IMG/VR virus record: IMGVR_UViG_3300034104_005687 | Span: 285,370 to 349,369 of that record | Reading direction: 5' to 3' (one strand) | DNA: 64,000 bases | Shown: positions 39,017-49,276 of the stretch, piece after piece | Layout of the letters: each line of letters begins with the position of its first letter | Position numbering within the stretch: position 1 is the stretch's first letter | The notes under the pieces: generated by a model | What the model saw: the letters and a program-made list of their open reading frames with translations, nothing else | What the model was told of the DNA's origin: nothing | Database searches by the model: none | Made by a program: the position numbers and the translations under genes

Positions 39017-39368
39017 TTTTACTCAACAGTGCTGGCAGCAATTGCCAGAAGCCGTACGTCAAACCCGCACCCTAGATCAAACCACTGTGGACTGGTGGCA
39101 TGATGCCAGAGAAGACGGAGGATGGCGACTCAGTTGGGCTGGCTTGGTTGATCTCACAGACTTGCTGAATCAGGAATCCTGGGACTTTGAATTTGTGAAT
39201 CAAGATATACAGCCCTGGGCCTTGCTGAAGTTGAAAAAACATCTTGTTGTGCCCTACTACATTGTGCAAAATCGCAAGCATACCAAAATCACCGTACTAG
39301 ACAGCAAACATGCCATGATGATTGGGTTGTATGGTCAGGTAGAGAACTGGGTCAAGTCGTTGTGCTGA
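39003..39368 (+). CDS. Hypothetical protein
   Basis: Overlapping operon ORF. Confidence 0.65.
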   Translation: MNRSDFTQQCWQQLPEAVRQTRTLDQTTVDWWHDAREDGGWRLSWAGLVDLTDLLNQESWDFEFVNQDIQPWALLKLKKHLVVPYYIVQNRKHTKITVLDSKHAMMIGLYGQVENWVKSLC

Positions 39369-40308
39369 ACAGTTGACTCGCTCGCTGAACAAAATTGGTT
39401 CTGTACCAATCTGTTAAATTGTTCAACACATAATGACTTTGATCTGCTAAACGTTGCTGCAGATGATCAATGGGTATTTTGCCCATTATGAGATCTTGAT
39501 TTCGCAACAGTGCTTGTTCCACACGTTGGTCGTTGGGCAAAAAGTCGTAGGATGTGTCTACCACGTCGTCGAACACATCTAGCCCCATGTCTTTGCAATC
39601 AGCCACAATGCCCGCAGATCCTATGATGATGGGAATCTGTCCAGCTGCCATTGCAAACAGAGTTTTCTCACATACCAATCCTGGCACATGGTCGTACACA
39701 GTTTCAGTCACAATGTTCACTGCGGCTGACCCATATATTGGCAACAATCTCACAAAGTTTTCATCGTTCTCAGTTCCGCGATAGGTATCGTATGCCCACT
39801 GAGGCAATTTTATTTCGGTGCCGTAACTGAGCCAACCGTTGGGCCATGCCTGCAATATGTCCGCTGCTCGTCTACGATGAGCACACATTCTGCCGTTTAG
39901 GCACTGCCATGCATAGGTACGAGATTGATTCAGTGCAGGCTCACATTCATGCCACCGTGCAGCCAATCTTGCCATTTCTCTGCAGTTGTGATTGCTGTAT
40001 TCAATCAGCTTGATAGGACCATGATAAACTTTTTCCAATCCATGATGCATGTGAGTTACCAAAATTTGATCAGAGTTGCTGCCATAGAATTGTTCTAACC
40101 GCTCTAGCTCTACAATTTTGCCTTGATCAAATGTTACAAAATCTTGAAAGTGCATCACCAGCACAGTCTTTGGCCCAAACTCAACTGTGGGCAATTTAAG
40201 AGGCCATCCCGATCGAGCATTGTAAGGTGGGTCGTATGCATTCCAAACACCGTGTACATCCAGTCCTAGGTTGCTGAGTGTGTGTTGAAAAAATTCAGTA
40301 TATTCCAT
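39352..40308 (-). CDS. Putative GT-B-like phage protein (ET..EK family)
   Basis: NIVTET, CEKT, GLDVFDDVVDTSYD. Confidence 0.6.
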   Translation of the reverse strand: MEYTEFFQHTLSNLGLDVHGVWNAYDPPYNARSGWPLKLPTVEFGPKTVLVMHFQDFVTFDQGKIVELERLEQFYGSNSDQILVTHMHHGLEKVYHGPIKLIEYSNHNCREMARLAARWHECEPALNQSRTYAWQCLNGRMCAHRRRAADILQAWPNGWLSYGTEIKLPQWAYDTYRGTENDENFVRLLPIYGSAAVNIVTETVYDHVPGLVCEKTLFAMAAGQIPIIIGSAGIVADCKDMGLDVFDDVVDTSYDFLPNDQRVEQALLRNQDLIMGKIPIDHLQQRLADQSHYVLNNLTDWYRTNFVQRASQLFSTTT

Positions 40309-40331
40309 GATTGTATTTACTAAGTAGTTGC

Positions 40332-41036
40332 ATGGAATACTGGAATAATCCCTTGCACACTGTCAGGGTGCGCGACTACAAATATGATCCTGTGATCAGC
40401 AGTTTTCACAATGGACGTCATTGTTTGTTTTGGAATCCTGCCAGCAAGTTCGACAACATTGTTACCAATCAACGGCTAGACGATTTGATCAAGTGGGCCA
40501 ACGAATGGTTAGAGACAGATGGTGTGGATGGGTTCGAAAAAGAGGCACGCAACCATTACGATATAGCAAACTTAACCAAACTCAATATGTGGGTCAATGA
40601 CATTCGGCAGCAAGGTATTGTAAAACCTTGGCTGTTGCAAGATCAAGGCAATGGAACGTTTGTGGCAGGCACTGGTGACAGCCGACTTCGCTGCCTGGAA
40701 GTTATGCCTGAAATTGCCACAGTGCCAACGTTTGTGTCTACCACAACGGATCGTGCACATCTTTACGCAGACTTAGAACCAGTAACTGATTTTGCACACT
40801 TTGCTAAATTATGCAAAGCCGAGCCCGAAGTGGAGTTTATTTTCCGTCTCACTGAACCAACTGCACCGTATGGCATGTACTGGTATGAATACACCACCAA
40901 CCGAACTCGGGCAGTCACTCCTGGTCAAGATCAAGCAGTATGTATGTTTTTGAATTATGCACGTTCAGTGCCAAATTTTCGAGTCAGCAGGGACTGGTTT
41001 ACCAAGCCAATTGTGTGGACCAATTACACACTGTAG
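40332..41036 (+). CDS. Hypothetical protein (weak ParB-like motif)
   Basis: GIVKPWLL..GDSR; TAAGTA upstream. Confidence 0.65.
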   Translation: MEYWNNPLHTVRVRDYKYDPVISSFHNGRHCLFWNPASKFDNIVTNQRLDDLIKWANEWLETDGVDGFEKEARNHYDIANLTKLNMWVNDIRQQGIVKPWLLQDQGNGTFVAGTGDSRLRCLEVMPEIATVPTFVSTTTDRAHLYADLEPVTDFAHFAKLCKAEPEVEFIFRLTEPTAPYGMYWYEYTTNRTRAVTPGQDQAVCMFLNYARSVPNFRVSRDWFTKPIVWTNYTL

Positions 41037-41578
41037 GTCCAGTAGTTGATTTGCAATGCACGCCTTACACAATCAAACGTGGTTTTGGGGTAACTGTGCC
41101 AGGTATCAGTGCTGGGCACAAAAAACATACATCTGTTGTCCCGCGCTTCTACCACATGATCGTCTCCGATAGTGGTGCCAGGCCATAAGTGCTCGTGGTC
41201 GGTGTACACCAAAGCAGTAAGACGTTTTTCCAACAGATCGTGATGACGTTCCAGCTCAAACTCGCCAATGTCACTGATTACTTCTATGCGCGGAAACAGT
41301 CCTGAATAGCGTTGTTTGGTGTAGTGTTCAAAGTACTGTTGAGTGGCACCGTTGTGCATATCACGCCACAGTGCATGCAGATGCGGATATTGGTGCTGTA
41401 CGTCATCGTCAATGAACAGTCGACCCTGTCCTACTCTTTTGCCCGCAGTGTTCTGATGACGCTGATGAGGTATAGACTTTACCTCAGCCAGTGTTTGTTC
41501 GTTCAAAAAGTTATCAGCAATCCAGTGCTGCCACGGCTCACGATGCTGCTGTGTAATTACTAAATGTCTGTTGTACAA
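41024..41578 (-). CDS. 2OG-Fe(II) oxygenase; start uncertain
   Basis: HHD..LVY..WH..R pattern. Confidence 0.7.
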   Translation of the reverse strand: MYNRHLVITQQHREPWQHWIADNFLNEQTLAEVKSIPHQRHQNTAGKRVGQGRLFIDDDVQHQYPHLHALWRDMHNGATQQYFEHYTKQRYSGLFPRIEVISDIGEFELERHHDLLEKRLTALVYTDHEHLWPGTTIGDDHVVEARDNRCMFFVPSTDTWHSYPKTTFDCVRRALQINYWTYSV

Positions 41579-42995
41579 TTTGTTTCCAATCTTGATATCT
41601 GTCGCCAGAGGGCACAATATTTACGTCAAGCCATGGCAAGCTGTCGTTGGCGTGACCAGCGAACCCCTGTTTGGGCTGAACTGGTTTGTTTATTTTGCGT
41701 TCAAAAAAAGTTCTCAGCAACTGTTTGGGTTGTGCACCCACTCGCAAATGCCACGGCAAGTTCAATGCAAAAGTCATCACAGACTTCAACAAAAACGGAT
41801 TGCGTGTTTCGCGCCCCCATTGTCCGCCCAGTCGGTCCAGTCCGGGTGCATCCACTCCTACGACCTGGTACCAGTAGTCCATCAGCAGTGTTGCAGGCCT
41901 GGGATCGCCGTGATATCGATCCAAACAACGATGCCACAACTGATCGTGATCGTGCTGACTGTAAGGACTGTTACTGCCCAATACATCATAGGTCAGATTC
42001 TGATACAGGTCGTAGCCCCCAAACAATTCATCGGCACCTAGGCCAGTGAATATCACGCGGGTTGCAGCATGTTTGGCTATCAACCATTTGCCCACATAAC
42101 TCCAGGTCTGTGCCGGCATCTTGGTCTGCACTGTGAGATTTTGATAGTGCTGTGCCCATTGTTCAGGGTCTACTTGAATTTTCTTGCAGGTCAATTGGTC
42201 CACAATGGGATCTTTGCCCGTGACATCTATTGCCAACAGTTCAAGATTGGCAATGTATTTGGCAATCAGTTCGCTGTCGATGCCGCCACTGTAGCTCAGG
42301 GTAGCTGGTTGCTCGGGACGAGTGATAGAACATGCTGCGGTCCACACACGATTAAATTCTTCAACGGCTTGGTCCAGGGTCAGTTGCTGCGGTTCAGTGA
42401 TCCAATCAAACACACTGTCCAACTGCTGATCAGGTTTGCCGTCTCGATACAAGCGACCAGGTTCACAGCGAACAATACCTGTCCAAGGTGTCTGACCAAT
42501 CATGGTCCAGCACTTGTTGGCATAAGGCAGTGTAGACCGTGCACAATCAACATAGTGCAGTATGGCAGCAACTTCGCTGGCCACAATCAAGATGTTGTCG
42601 TCCTGATAGTGATACAAACAGCGTTCACCTTGTGGATCACTGGCATACAGCACAGTATCAAAGTTGGTGTATGCCCAAGCCCACGGACCTTCAAAGTAAC
42701 GAATTTTTCTCAGGTCCGACGTCACTGCATGATGCATTGCTTCAGTATCTGAACTGTAGTTGCCAAACCATTTGTAGTTGTAGATTTCACCGTTGTAGCT
42801 CAAAAAATCCTGATGAGGTCTTTGATAGTAGTCATCAGTGCCAGTGATACGCAACACAGTCTGAGCAATAAACGTGTTGCCTTGATGTTGATACCTTGTA
42901 AAATCAGGGCCGCGTGGTTGTAGAATTTTTGTTGCCTGTAGATGTTGTTCCAGAGGTATGGCACTGGTACTACGAACATACAGCACTCCGCACAT
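41538..42995 (-). CDS. Asparagine synthase-like amidotransferase
   Basis: MCG N-terminus, RGPD, NGEIYN, SGGIDS, GADELFGGY. Confidence 0.88.
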   Translation of the reverse strand: MCGVLYVRSTSAIPLEQHLQATKILQPRGPDFTRYQHQGNTFIAQTVLRITGTDDYYQRPHQDFLSYNGEIYNYKWFGNYSSDTEAMHHAVTSDLRKIRYFEGPWAWAYTNFDTVLYASDPQGERCLYHYQDDNILIVASEVAAILHYVDCARSTLPYANKCWTMIGQTPWTGIVRCEPGRLYRDGKPDQQLDSVFDWITEPQQLTLDQAVEEFNRVWTAACSITRPEQPATLSYSGGIDSELIAKYIANLELLAIDVTGKDPIVDQLTCKKIQVDPEQWAQHYQNLTVQTKMPAQTWSYVGKWLIAKHAATRVIFTGLGADELFGGYDLYQNLTYDVLGSNSPYSQHDHDQLWHRCLDRYHGDPRPATLLMDYWYQVVGVDAPGLDRLGGQWGRETRNPFLLKSVMTFALNLPWHLRVGAQPKQLLRTFFERKINKPVQPKQGFAGHANDSLPWLDVNIVPSGDRYQDWKQIVQQTFSNYTAAS

Positions 42996-44056
42996 CAGGC
43001 TATCCGTTGTACTACGCTGGGCCACCATGCAGCAAAATCTGCAGGCCAACTCGATTGCATGCGGGTCAGCACAGATTGATTTGTTGCAGCGGCCTGTGCG
43101 GCACGTTCAGACACAGTGCTGATATCCATGTGTTCAATTGCGTCAGCACCCTCAAACAAGAAGTCCACCATTTTGTCGCCATAGGCCGCAGTTTTATTTT
43201 CAAACATGCCGTCATACCGGTGTTGTACCACATCACTCATGGTGTCAAATCCCATGCTGTTGAGATATGCCACAGTGTGGCGACCACAATAAACCATCCA
43301 GGGCACAGGCAAGCACAAGGCTCTAAACGTTTTTTCGCTTAAGGCCACTGTGGTATCGCTGCTGTAGGTTTCCATAACCACGTTTAAATGTGCTTGAGTA
43401 TGACACTGCTCATGTGTAAGTGTGTGATTGCGAAACGGAACGTTGGGCAACACTCTATGGTATGTGCTATCATACACATCTTGAAATGTTTGTTCCAACT
43501 GTTGAAATTGACGTTGAAAATTTTGCTGCAGGCCTTCGGTGCTGCTGTTGTCACCGTCCCAGCTCCAGCAATTGAAATTCACATAGTCCAGATTGTGTGC
43601 ATTGGGCATGTACTGACAGCGCAGTTGCAGTTCCAAAAACAGCAACAGTCGTTTGGCATCCAATCTGTTGACACTGAAGTTAAAACGTCGATCAGGCTGC
43701 CAGGCAGCATGGTCGGGTCGATGTGCATAGATGCCAAAGAAGCTGTCGGGCAGTTGACACACTTGATATTGTGTGGGCACGTTAACACGATTGTCTGTGA
43801 TTACCACAGTGTGTCGATCAAACAAGTAAGGCAGAGTTTTTGAATAGTCCTCGGCACAGGTGCTGAAATCATCTACCAAACACACAACCACTGTTTGATG
43901 CCCGCGTTGCCAAACTTTATTGTTGGGATTGATACTTTGATATCCCAGTGTAGTTAAATTACTGCGAAAAAAATCCAACAATGTATTTTCATGCCAGATG
44001 CAATTGCTTTTTTTAAAGATTTCGTTTTCGTAAATTGCGTGATATAGGTCAACCAT
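42995..44056 (-). CDS. Putative GT-B-like phage protein (ET..EK family)
   Basis: NVVMET, SEKTFR, GFDTM; TAAGTA upstream. Confidence 0.6.
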   Translation of the reverse strand: MVDLYHAIYENEIFKKSNCIWHENTLLDFFRSNLTTLGYQSINPNNKVWQRGHQTVVVCLVDDFSTCAEDYSKTLPYLFDRHTVVITDNRVNVPTQYQVCQLPDSFFGIYAHRPDHAAWQPDRRFNFSVNRLDAKRLLLFLELQLRCQYMPNAHNLDYVNFNCWSWDGDNSSTEGLQQNFQRQFQQLEQTFQDVYDSTYHRVLPNVPFRNHTLTHEQCHTQAHLNVVMETYSSDTTVALSEKTFRALCLPVPWMVYCGRHTVAYLNSMGFDTMSDVVQHRYDGMFENKTAAYGDKMVDFLFEGADAIEHMDISTVSERAAQAAATNQSVLTRMQSSWPADFAAWWPSVVQRIA

Positions 44057-44175
44057 GCTGTTACTTATAAACAACACTTTTAGTGGGTCAAATATCCCAA
44101 ATTGTTGTGTAAAAACAACACTTTTTGCCCTAAAAAGTAATGCTTTTGTAGTACTATTTTTCATGTGCAAAACGG

Positions 44176-44204
44176 TTGACCAAAAATTGCCAATTTGCTA
44201 TAAT
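44176..44204 (+). promoter_or_regulatory. Sigma70-type promoter
   Basis: TTGACC-17-TATAAT, 6 nt before ATG. Confidence 0.75.
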
Positions 44205-44210
44205 ATACAC

Positions 44211-44549
44211 ATGAACACAAAAACAGTAGCCCGTAAAAAGCGTACCGATCGCACTCATATCATTTACATGATTGAGTCGGGCACAGACTTCTATATTGGC
44301 GTTACTGCCAAGACAGAAAGCACTGTTAAGAAAAGTGTGATTACTCGTTGCCGCAAGCACTTCTATCGTATGCGTTCTGAAGACAAGGGCTGGATGCTGT
44401 ACGACACCATGCGTGAGCGTGGTGTGGAAGAGTTCACTGTGCGAGTGGTCACTGTGGTTCGAGGCAAGAGCGAGGCTCACCGCACGGAACGTACCCTGAT
44501 CCGTGAATTGAAGCCAAATTTAAACACTGACACAAGAGGAGTTTTGTAA
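44211..44549 (+). CDS. Small GIY-YIG nuclease-like protein
   Basis: IIY..FYIG.T, R..H, E..LI....P.LN. Confidence 0.75.
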   Translation: MNTKTVARKKRTDRTHIIYMIESGTDFYIGVTAKTESTVKKSVITRCRKHFYRMRSEDKGWMLYDTMRERGVEEFTVRVVTVVRGKSEAHRTERTLIRELKPNLNTDTRGVL

Positions 44550-44692
44550 TGCGTGGTTATAATGTTCGAGTATTTCTCAGCGAAAGCCGTTGGACTGATA
44601 CTGTTATCTATGCCGACACTTGGTTCAATGCTCAGAGCCTGGGTCAAGGTCAAAGCCCTATCTCCAAGGCTGTTTTTCTCAGCGAAGCCTGA
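44549..44692 (+). CDS. Small hypothetical protein (47 aa)
   Basis: GAGGAG RBS, TAATG coupling. Confidence 0.6.
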   Translation: MRGYNVRVFLSESRWTDTVIYADTWFNAQSLGQGQSPISKAVFLSEA

Positions 44693-44704
44693 TCAGTAGC
44701 GGTC

Positions 44705-45070
44705 ATGAACGAAACGCTGTGGTTGATCCTGGCATTGGTGACCAAACACTTTGTGGTGGACTTTCCACTGCAGACACAATATCAGTGGAGCAACAAAGGT
44801 ACCTACGGACACCCGGGTGGCATGTTGCATGCGTCACTGCACGGCCTTGGTACATATCTAAGTTTTGCATGGTACGCACCCATGGCCGCGGTTTATTTGT
44901 GTTTAGCCGACACAGTGATTCACTATCACATTGACTGGGCCAAAATGAAACTGAACCGGTGGTTTGGCTGGGCTCCTAACACACACGACCAGTTCTGGTG
45001 GTTGTTGGGACTGGATCAATACCTGCATGTTTTGACCTATATTGTTTTTGTTGCCACAGTGGTTGTATGA
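44705..45070 (+). CDS. DUF3307-like membrane protein
   Basis: HFVVDFPLQ, HYHIDWAK, DQYLH. Confidence 0.75.
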   Translation: MNETLWLILALVTKHFVVDFPLQTQYQWSNKGTYGHPGGMLHASLHGLGTYLSFAWYAPMAAVYLCLADTVIHYHIDWAKMKLNRWFGWAPNTHDQFWWLLGLDQYLHVLTYIVFVATVVV

Positions 45071-45138
45071 ACACAAATTATCAGGCGCAGAAGGCACCAT
45101 GTGCTTGCTGAAAAAAATTGTGGCTAAGTAATCATACA

Positions 45139-47088
45139 ATGGATACACCACGCAAGATAATACCAATACAAACTATACAAGCGCCAAACCCCGAACCACA
45201 AAGTTTAAACCTAGATCCACATGTGGTTCTAGCAGAGATGTACATGGCGGAGAACCGTCCGCGACTTGAAAGTCGTAAACAAAAGAATCTAACAGAAGTT
45301 GTGCAATACACTGATGCCACACGCAAAAATCGTGTGGCCTTGATAGTTGCTCCGGAATGGACGCAATTGGCGCCACCATATGGTATTGCTAGAATGAGTG
45401 CGTTGTCCAAACACGGCGGCTGGCCTACCCGTGTATGGGACATAAACATTCTTACCAAACATGAGGCCGGAGTGCCCGAACTATGGACCGCATACGAAGA
45501 CTGGAAATGGACCGACCCCAACTACAGTAAAAATGTACATCCTGTTATTGAGCCCACTTTGCTCAAGTACATGGCCCAGGTAGTTGAGTGGGGACCTACT
45601 GTTATTGGATTTAGTACATGGTATACCAACGATACTTGTACCATGTGGATGGCCCGAGAATTTAGACGTCTTATACCCGGTGTTAAGATCATCATAGGCG
45701 GTGCCAATGCCACACAGCTAAAAGTCAGCGACCCCGCAGTGGCAGACCATGTGGTGTCAGGCGAAGGCGAACTATGGTTTGTTCGTATACTTGAAAACTT
45801 AGAAAATCCCACAGAAGAAATTCCGCATATTTGCATACAAAGCAAAGACCAAAGAGTAGATCTTGATTCAATGCCTCCGGCTGATTACACAGACATAAAC
45901 ATTAGTTTGTACGACAGCAAAGGCATCAGTTGTGAGTTCAGTCGTGGATGTATTGCCAACTGTGTTTACTGCAACGAAACAGTTTTCTGGAGGTTTAGGG
46001 CCAGGCAGGCAAGTCGTGTACTAGAAGAAATTGAAATAGTATATCGACAACAAAAGATTCAATCTGTATGGTTTATTGATAGCTTGCTCAACGGTAACCT
46101 GCGTGAACTAGAAGCATTTGCGTTAGGACTGATCGACAGGAACATTCGTGTCAATTGGAATGGGTACAGCCGCATCGACGGCAAAATGGACAGAGATTTT
46201 TGGCGGATGTTGAAGCGGTCAGGAGCCAGTGGTTTTGCATTTGGGGTCGAGTCTGGATCACAAAAAGTGCTAAACTTGATGAAGAAGAACTGCAAGACTG
46301 AATGGATTGAACAAAATTTCAAGGATCTTGCTGGGGTTGGTATGACCAATAACTTTGCCACATGGTTTACAGGATTCCCTGGAGAAGAACTAACAGACGT
46401 GGCACAGACATTAACAATGATGTGGCGCTTGCGAGTATCCGGCATGGGCGGGCTGAGTTCGGGAACCTGCGGCCTAGGTCACGGAACACCGTTGGATCTT
46501 GAACGTGGACAATTTGGTGTTGGACAAGACTGGTGCTACGGCTGGGCAACTACTGATGGCAAGAACACTGGCTTCAATAGATTTGTACGGTGGAAGACCA
46601 CAAACATCTTGATAGAACATTTTAGATTGCATAATGTGCCGGATTGGCTGAGTCCAGTGAAGCAGTATCCTACTCTAGAGAATCATTATAGCTTGGAGTA
46701 CGATCCCGCAAACTGGCAAGATCCTATTCCCTGGGAAAAGGATTTTGACTACTACATAATCAAAGAAGATATCAATCCTGTTGCCAACCACTTGGTCAAT
46801 GAGATATGGCCTTTGTTGCGTGTTTTATGGCTAGCAATGGGCCCGTTTAAACTTCATTTAGAGTTTGATCCAGATCGGGATCTGACGGAGTTTGGATATC
46901 TGCGTTATCCAAGAGGCGGTGAACATAGATTGTGGGCACAGTATGATTTTGACATTGCAGCCGACGGCCAATGGAATGCTGATTTTGATATCAAAATGCA
47001 GGGCGAGCCATGGAACGGCAAAGATGTTGATTTTCACCTAGAATGGAAACACTCAGATACCTGGTCCAGGCCTGTCGAACAAGGTTGA
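45139..47088 (+). CDS. B12-binding radical SAM protein
   Basis: PPYG, IIGGANAT, GEGE, RGCIANCVYC, GVESGS. Confidence 0.9.
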   Translation: MDTPRKIIPIQTIQAPNPEPQSLNLDPHVVLAEMYMAENRPRLESRKQKNLTEVVQYTDATRKNRVALIVAPEWTQLAPPYGIARMSALSKHGGWPTRVWDINILTKHEAGVPELWTAYEDWKWTDPNYSKNVHPVIEPTLLKYMAQVVEWGPTVIGFSTWYTNDTCTMWMAREFRRLIPGVKIIIGGANATQLKVSDPAVADHVVSGEGELWFVRILENLENPTEEIPHICIQSKDQRVDLDSMPPADYTDINISLYDSKGISCEFSRGCIANCVYCNETVFWRFRARQASRVLEEIEIVYRQQKIQSVWFIDSLLNGNLRELEAFALGLIDRNIRVNWNGYSRIDGKMDRDFWRMLKRSGASGFAFGVESGSQKVLNLMKKNCKTEWIEQNFKDLAGVGMTNNFATWFTGFPGEELTDVAQTLTMMWRLRVSGMGGLSSGTCGLGHGTPLDLERGQFGVGQDWCYGWATTDGKNTGFNRFVRWKTTNILIEHFRLHNVPDWLSPVKQYPTLENHYSLEYDPANWQDPIPWEKDFDYYIIKEDINPVANHLVNEIWPLLRVLWLAMGPFKLHLEFDPDRDLTEFGYLRYPRGGEHRLWAQYDFDIAADGQWNADFDIKMQGEPWNGKDVDFHLEWKHSDTWSRPVEQG

Positions 47089-47134
47089 CACTATCTGGCA
47101 TAGTTGCTATAATAATTTATCACTAAAGACACAT

Positions 47135-47548
47135 ATGGAATTCTTACCTGTACTTGAACTAATTGATCGACTGTGCATTGCCAGAGTCAAACACGAACGC
47201 ACCAAAGGTGCCAACCAGGACGAATTGGACTGGTACGAAGACAAATACCGTCAGCTGATATTGACTCTCGACCATGATCAACGTGGTACCTTGGATCACA
47301 ATATCTCAGAGATCACTGTGATACATAACCGTATCTGGGATCTAGAATGGCAATTGAAATCTGGCGTAGAGCACTTGTTGACCATGGACGAAATTGGACG
47401 CAGGGCCATTGCTATCCGTGACTGGAACAACCGGCGCATTACCTACAAGAACTCCATTGCTGAACTGTTTGGCCTAAAGATGCGTGAAATCAAAACGGAC
47501 CACCTAAGCGATCCTGAGCAGTTGTTTAAAACTGTTGACACTAAATAA
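47135..47548 (+). CDS. Hypothetical protein
   Basis: Follows TTGACA-17-TATAAT at 47085-47113. Confidence 0.7.
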   Translation: MEFLPVLELIDRLCIARVKHERTKGANQDELDWYEDKYRQLILTLDHDQRGTLDHNISEITVIHNRIWDLEWQLKSGVEHLLTMDEIGRRAIAIRDWNNRRITYKNSIAELFGLKMREIKTDHLSDPEQLFKTVDTK

Positions 47549-47571
47549 AAACCCTGTTACAATGGGGTTAT

Positions 47572-47646
47572 GGGGCTATAGCTTAATGGTAAAGCAGTGA
47601 ACTCATAATTCATTGAGTCTAGGTTCAATTCCTAGTGGCCCTACCA
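47572..47646 (+). tRNA. tRNA-Ile2/Met (CAT)
   Basis: Cloverleaf with CCA; promoter TTGACA-17-TACAAT at 47535-47563. Confidence 0.88.
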
Positions 47647-47652
47647 TTTTTA

Positions 47653-47727
47653 CTGGGGTTCGTATAATGGATAATACACGGGTCTTCTAAGCCCTTTATA
47701 GAGGTTCGATTCCTCTACCCCGGACCA
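47653..47727 (+). tRNA. tRNA-Arg (TCT)
   Basis: Cloverleaf, GGTTCGATTCC, CCA. Confidence 0.88.
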
Positions 47728-47734
47728 CATAGTC

Positions 47735-47783
47735 ATTGATGTTTTCTATGGTCATCATAAAAACAATTTCAGGCAAAAATTAT
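47735..47783 (+). promoter_or_regulatory. OxyR-like operator upstream of ahpC
   Basis: ATTG-N7-CTAT-N7-ATAA just upstream of TTGATT-17-TACACT. Confidence 0.45.
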
Positions 47784-47868
47784 GATTTTTCTTGATTTCA
47801 TTGCTATATACTATTACACTAAACACTCAGTACAAACACTGAGATACTTTTTAACCTAAGGAAATTTT

Positions 47869-48408
47869 ATGAAAACAGTTGGCGACAAAATTGAATCTTT
47901 TACCGTTACCGGTGTCAAACCAGGGCAACCCGATAATGCATTTTTTGACATCACAGCAACCAGCTTTCACGGCAAGTGGAAGGTTATTGTGTACTATCCC
48001 AAGGACTTTACATTTGTTTGTCCTACAGAAATCGTGGCATATGACAAGTTGGCTCAGGATTTCGAAGATCGTGACGCAGTGCTGCTCACAGGATCAACAG
48101 ACAATGAGTTCTGCAAAGTGGCATGGCAAACAGCTCACGCTGATTTGAAACAAATCAAGCACTACCAGTTTGCTGACACACAGCGCGGCGAGAATAGTTT
48201 GATCGAACAGTTGGGTGTGTTCTACGCTCCAGCAGGTGCCGCACTTCGCGCAACATTCATTGTTGACCCGGAAAACGTTATCCAACACGTAACTGTGAAC
48301 AATTTGAACGTTGGTCGTAGCCCCGAAGAAACATTGCGTATTCTTGACGCATTGCAAACTGGCGAACTGTGTGCCTGCAATCGCACCGTTGGTGGTGAGA
48401 CACTGTAA
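47869..48408 (+). CDS. ahpC: Peroxiredoxin AhpC
   Basis: YPKDFTFVCPTE, GR...E.LR, GELC. Confidence 0.95.
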   Translation: MKTVGDKIESFTVTGVKPGQPDNAFFDITATSFHGKWKVIVYYPKDFTFVCPTEIVAYDKLAQDFEDRDAVLLTGSTDNEFCKVAWQTAHADLKQIKHYQFADTQRGENSLIEQLGVFYAPAGAALRATFIVDPENVIQHVTVNNLNVGRSPEETLRILDALQTGELCACNRTVGGETL

Positions 48409-48584
48409 TGTTCAAGCTTCAACGAGGTATTGATACATTACGACAACCTGATCGCAATCCCAGATGTTATGAAATGACAGAACAGGAACGATCGGATCGC
48501 GTTCGTGAATGGAATAATCGCAATGTTTGGAACACTCCAGAACTTGCCGATGAAGATGAATTAAATTTCTACCAAGGAGCATGA
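48408..48584 (+). CDS. Small hypothetical protein (58 aa)
   Basis: Coupled at both ends (TAATG and ATGA). Confidence 0.55.
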   Translation: MFKLQRGIDTLRQPDRNPRCYEMTEQERSDRVREWNNRNVWNTPELADEDELNFYQGA

Positions 48585-49276
48585 CTATGTTAGAAACAAC
48601 TTATGAAAGCGGAACATCGTATCGTTCTGCCAGTGAAATCAACTCAGCAATGGGTCGTGTGTATGGACACATGAGTCTTGCTGTACTTGTATCAATGTTT
48701 GTGAGTTACTTTGTGGGCACCAGTCCAGAGTTGCTGGCATTCTTTTTTACAGGCTGGACGAAGTGGATTGTGATCTTTTCACCACTGGTGGCAATTTTTG
48801 GTGTTGCAATGGTACTAGCCAATAACCCAAGTAAAAGTGTAGCACAGTTATGCTTGCATGGCTTTGCGGCCTTGATGGGCTTGAGCTTTGCCACAATCTT
48901 TGCTGTGTTCACCATGGGCAGTATTGTGTCAGCATTCATGGGTGCGGCCATCCTGTTTGGTGTAATGAGTGTATATGGTTACTTTACCAAACAAAGTTTA
49001 GATAGTGTTGGTAAGTTTATGTTTGTGGGACTGATTGCTATCATCATTGCCAGCATTGTGAACATCTTTATTGGATCAACTGTGATGCAGATGGTGATTA
49101 GTGCTTTGGCAATTATTATCTTCCTTGGATTGACTGCTTATGACACACAAAAGATCCGTGAAGAACTCAGCATGGAAACCAGTGACAGCGCAGAAGTCCG
49201 TGGTGCATTGACACTATACATGGACTTCATTAACTTGTTTATTAACCTGTTACAACTGTTTGGTGATAGAAAATAA
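48581..49276 (+). CDS. Bax inhibitor-1/YccA family membrane protein
   Basis: About 7 hydrophobic segments, AYDTQKI, ALTLYMDFINLF. Confidence 0.92.
   Translation: MTMLETTYESGTSYRSASEINSAMGRVYGHMSLAVLVSMFVSYFVGTSPELLAFFFTGWTKWIVIFSPLVAIFGVAMVLANNPSKSVAQLCLHGFAALMGLSFATIFAVFTMGSIVSAFMGAAILFGVMSVYGYFTKQSLDSVGKFMFVGLIAIIIASIVNIFIGSTVMQMVISALAIIIFLGLTAYDTQKIREELSMETSDSAEVRGALTLYMDFINLFINLLQLFGDRK

Noticed and set aside
44211-44549. Mobile homing endonuclease or intron
   Set aside because: Only a 112-aa catalytic-type domain, free-standing, with no interrupted host gene.
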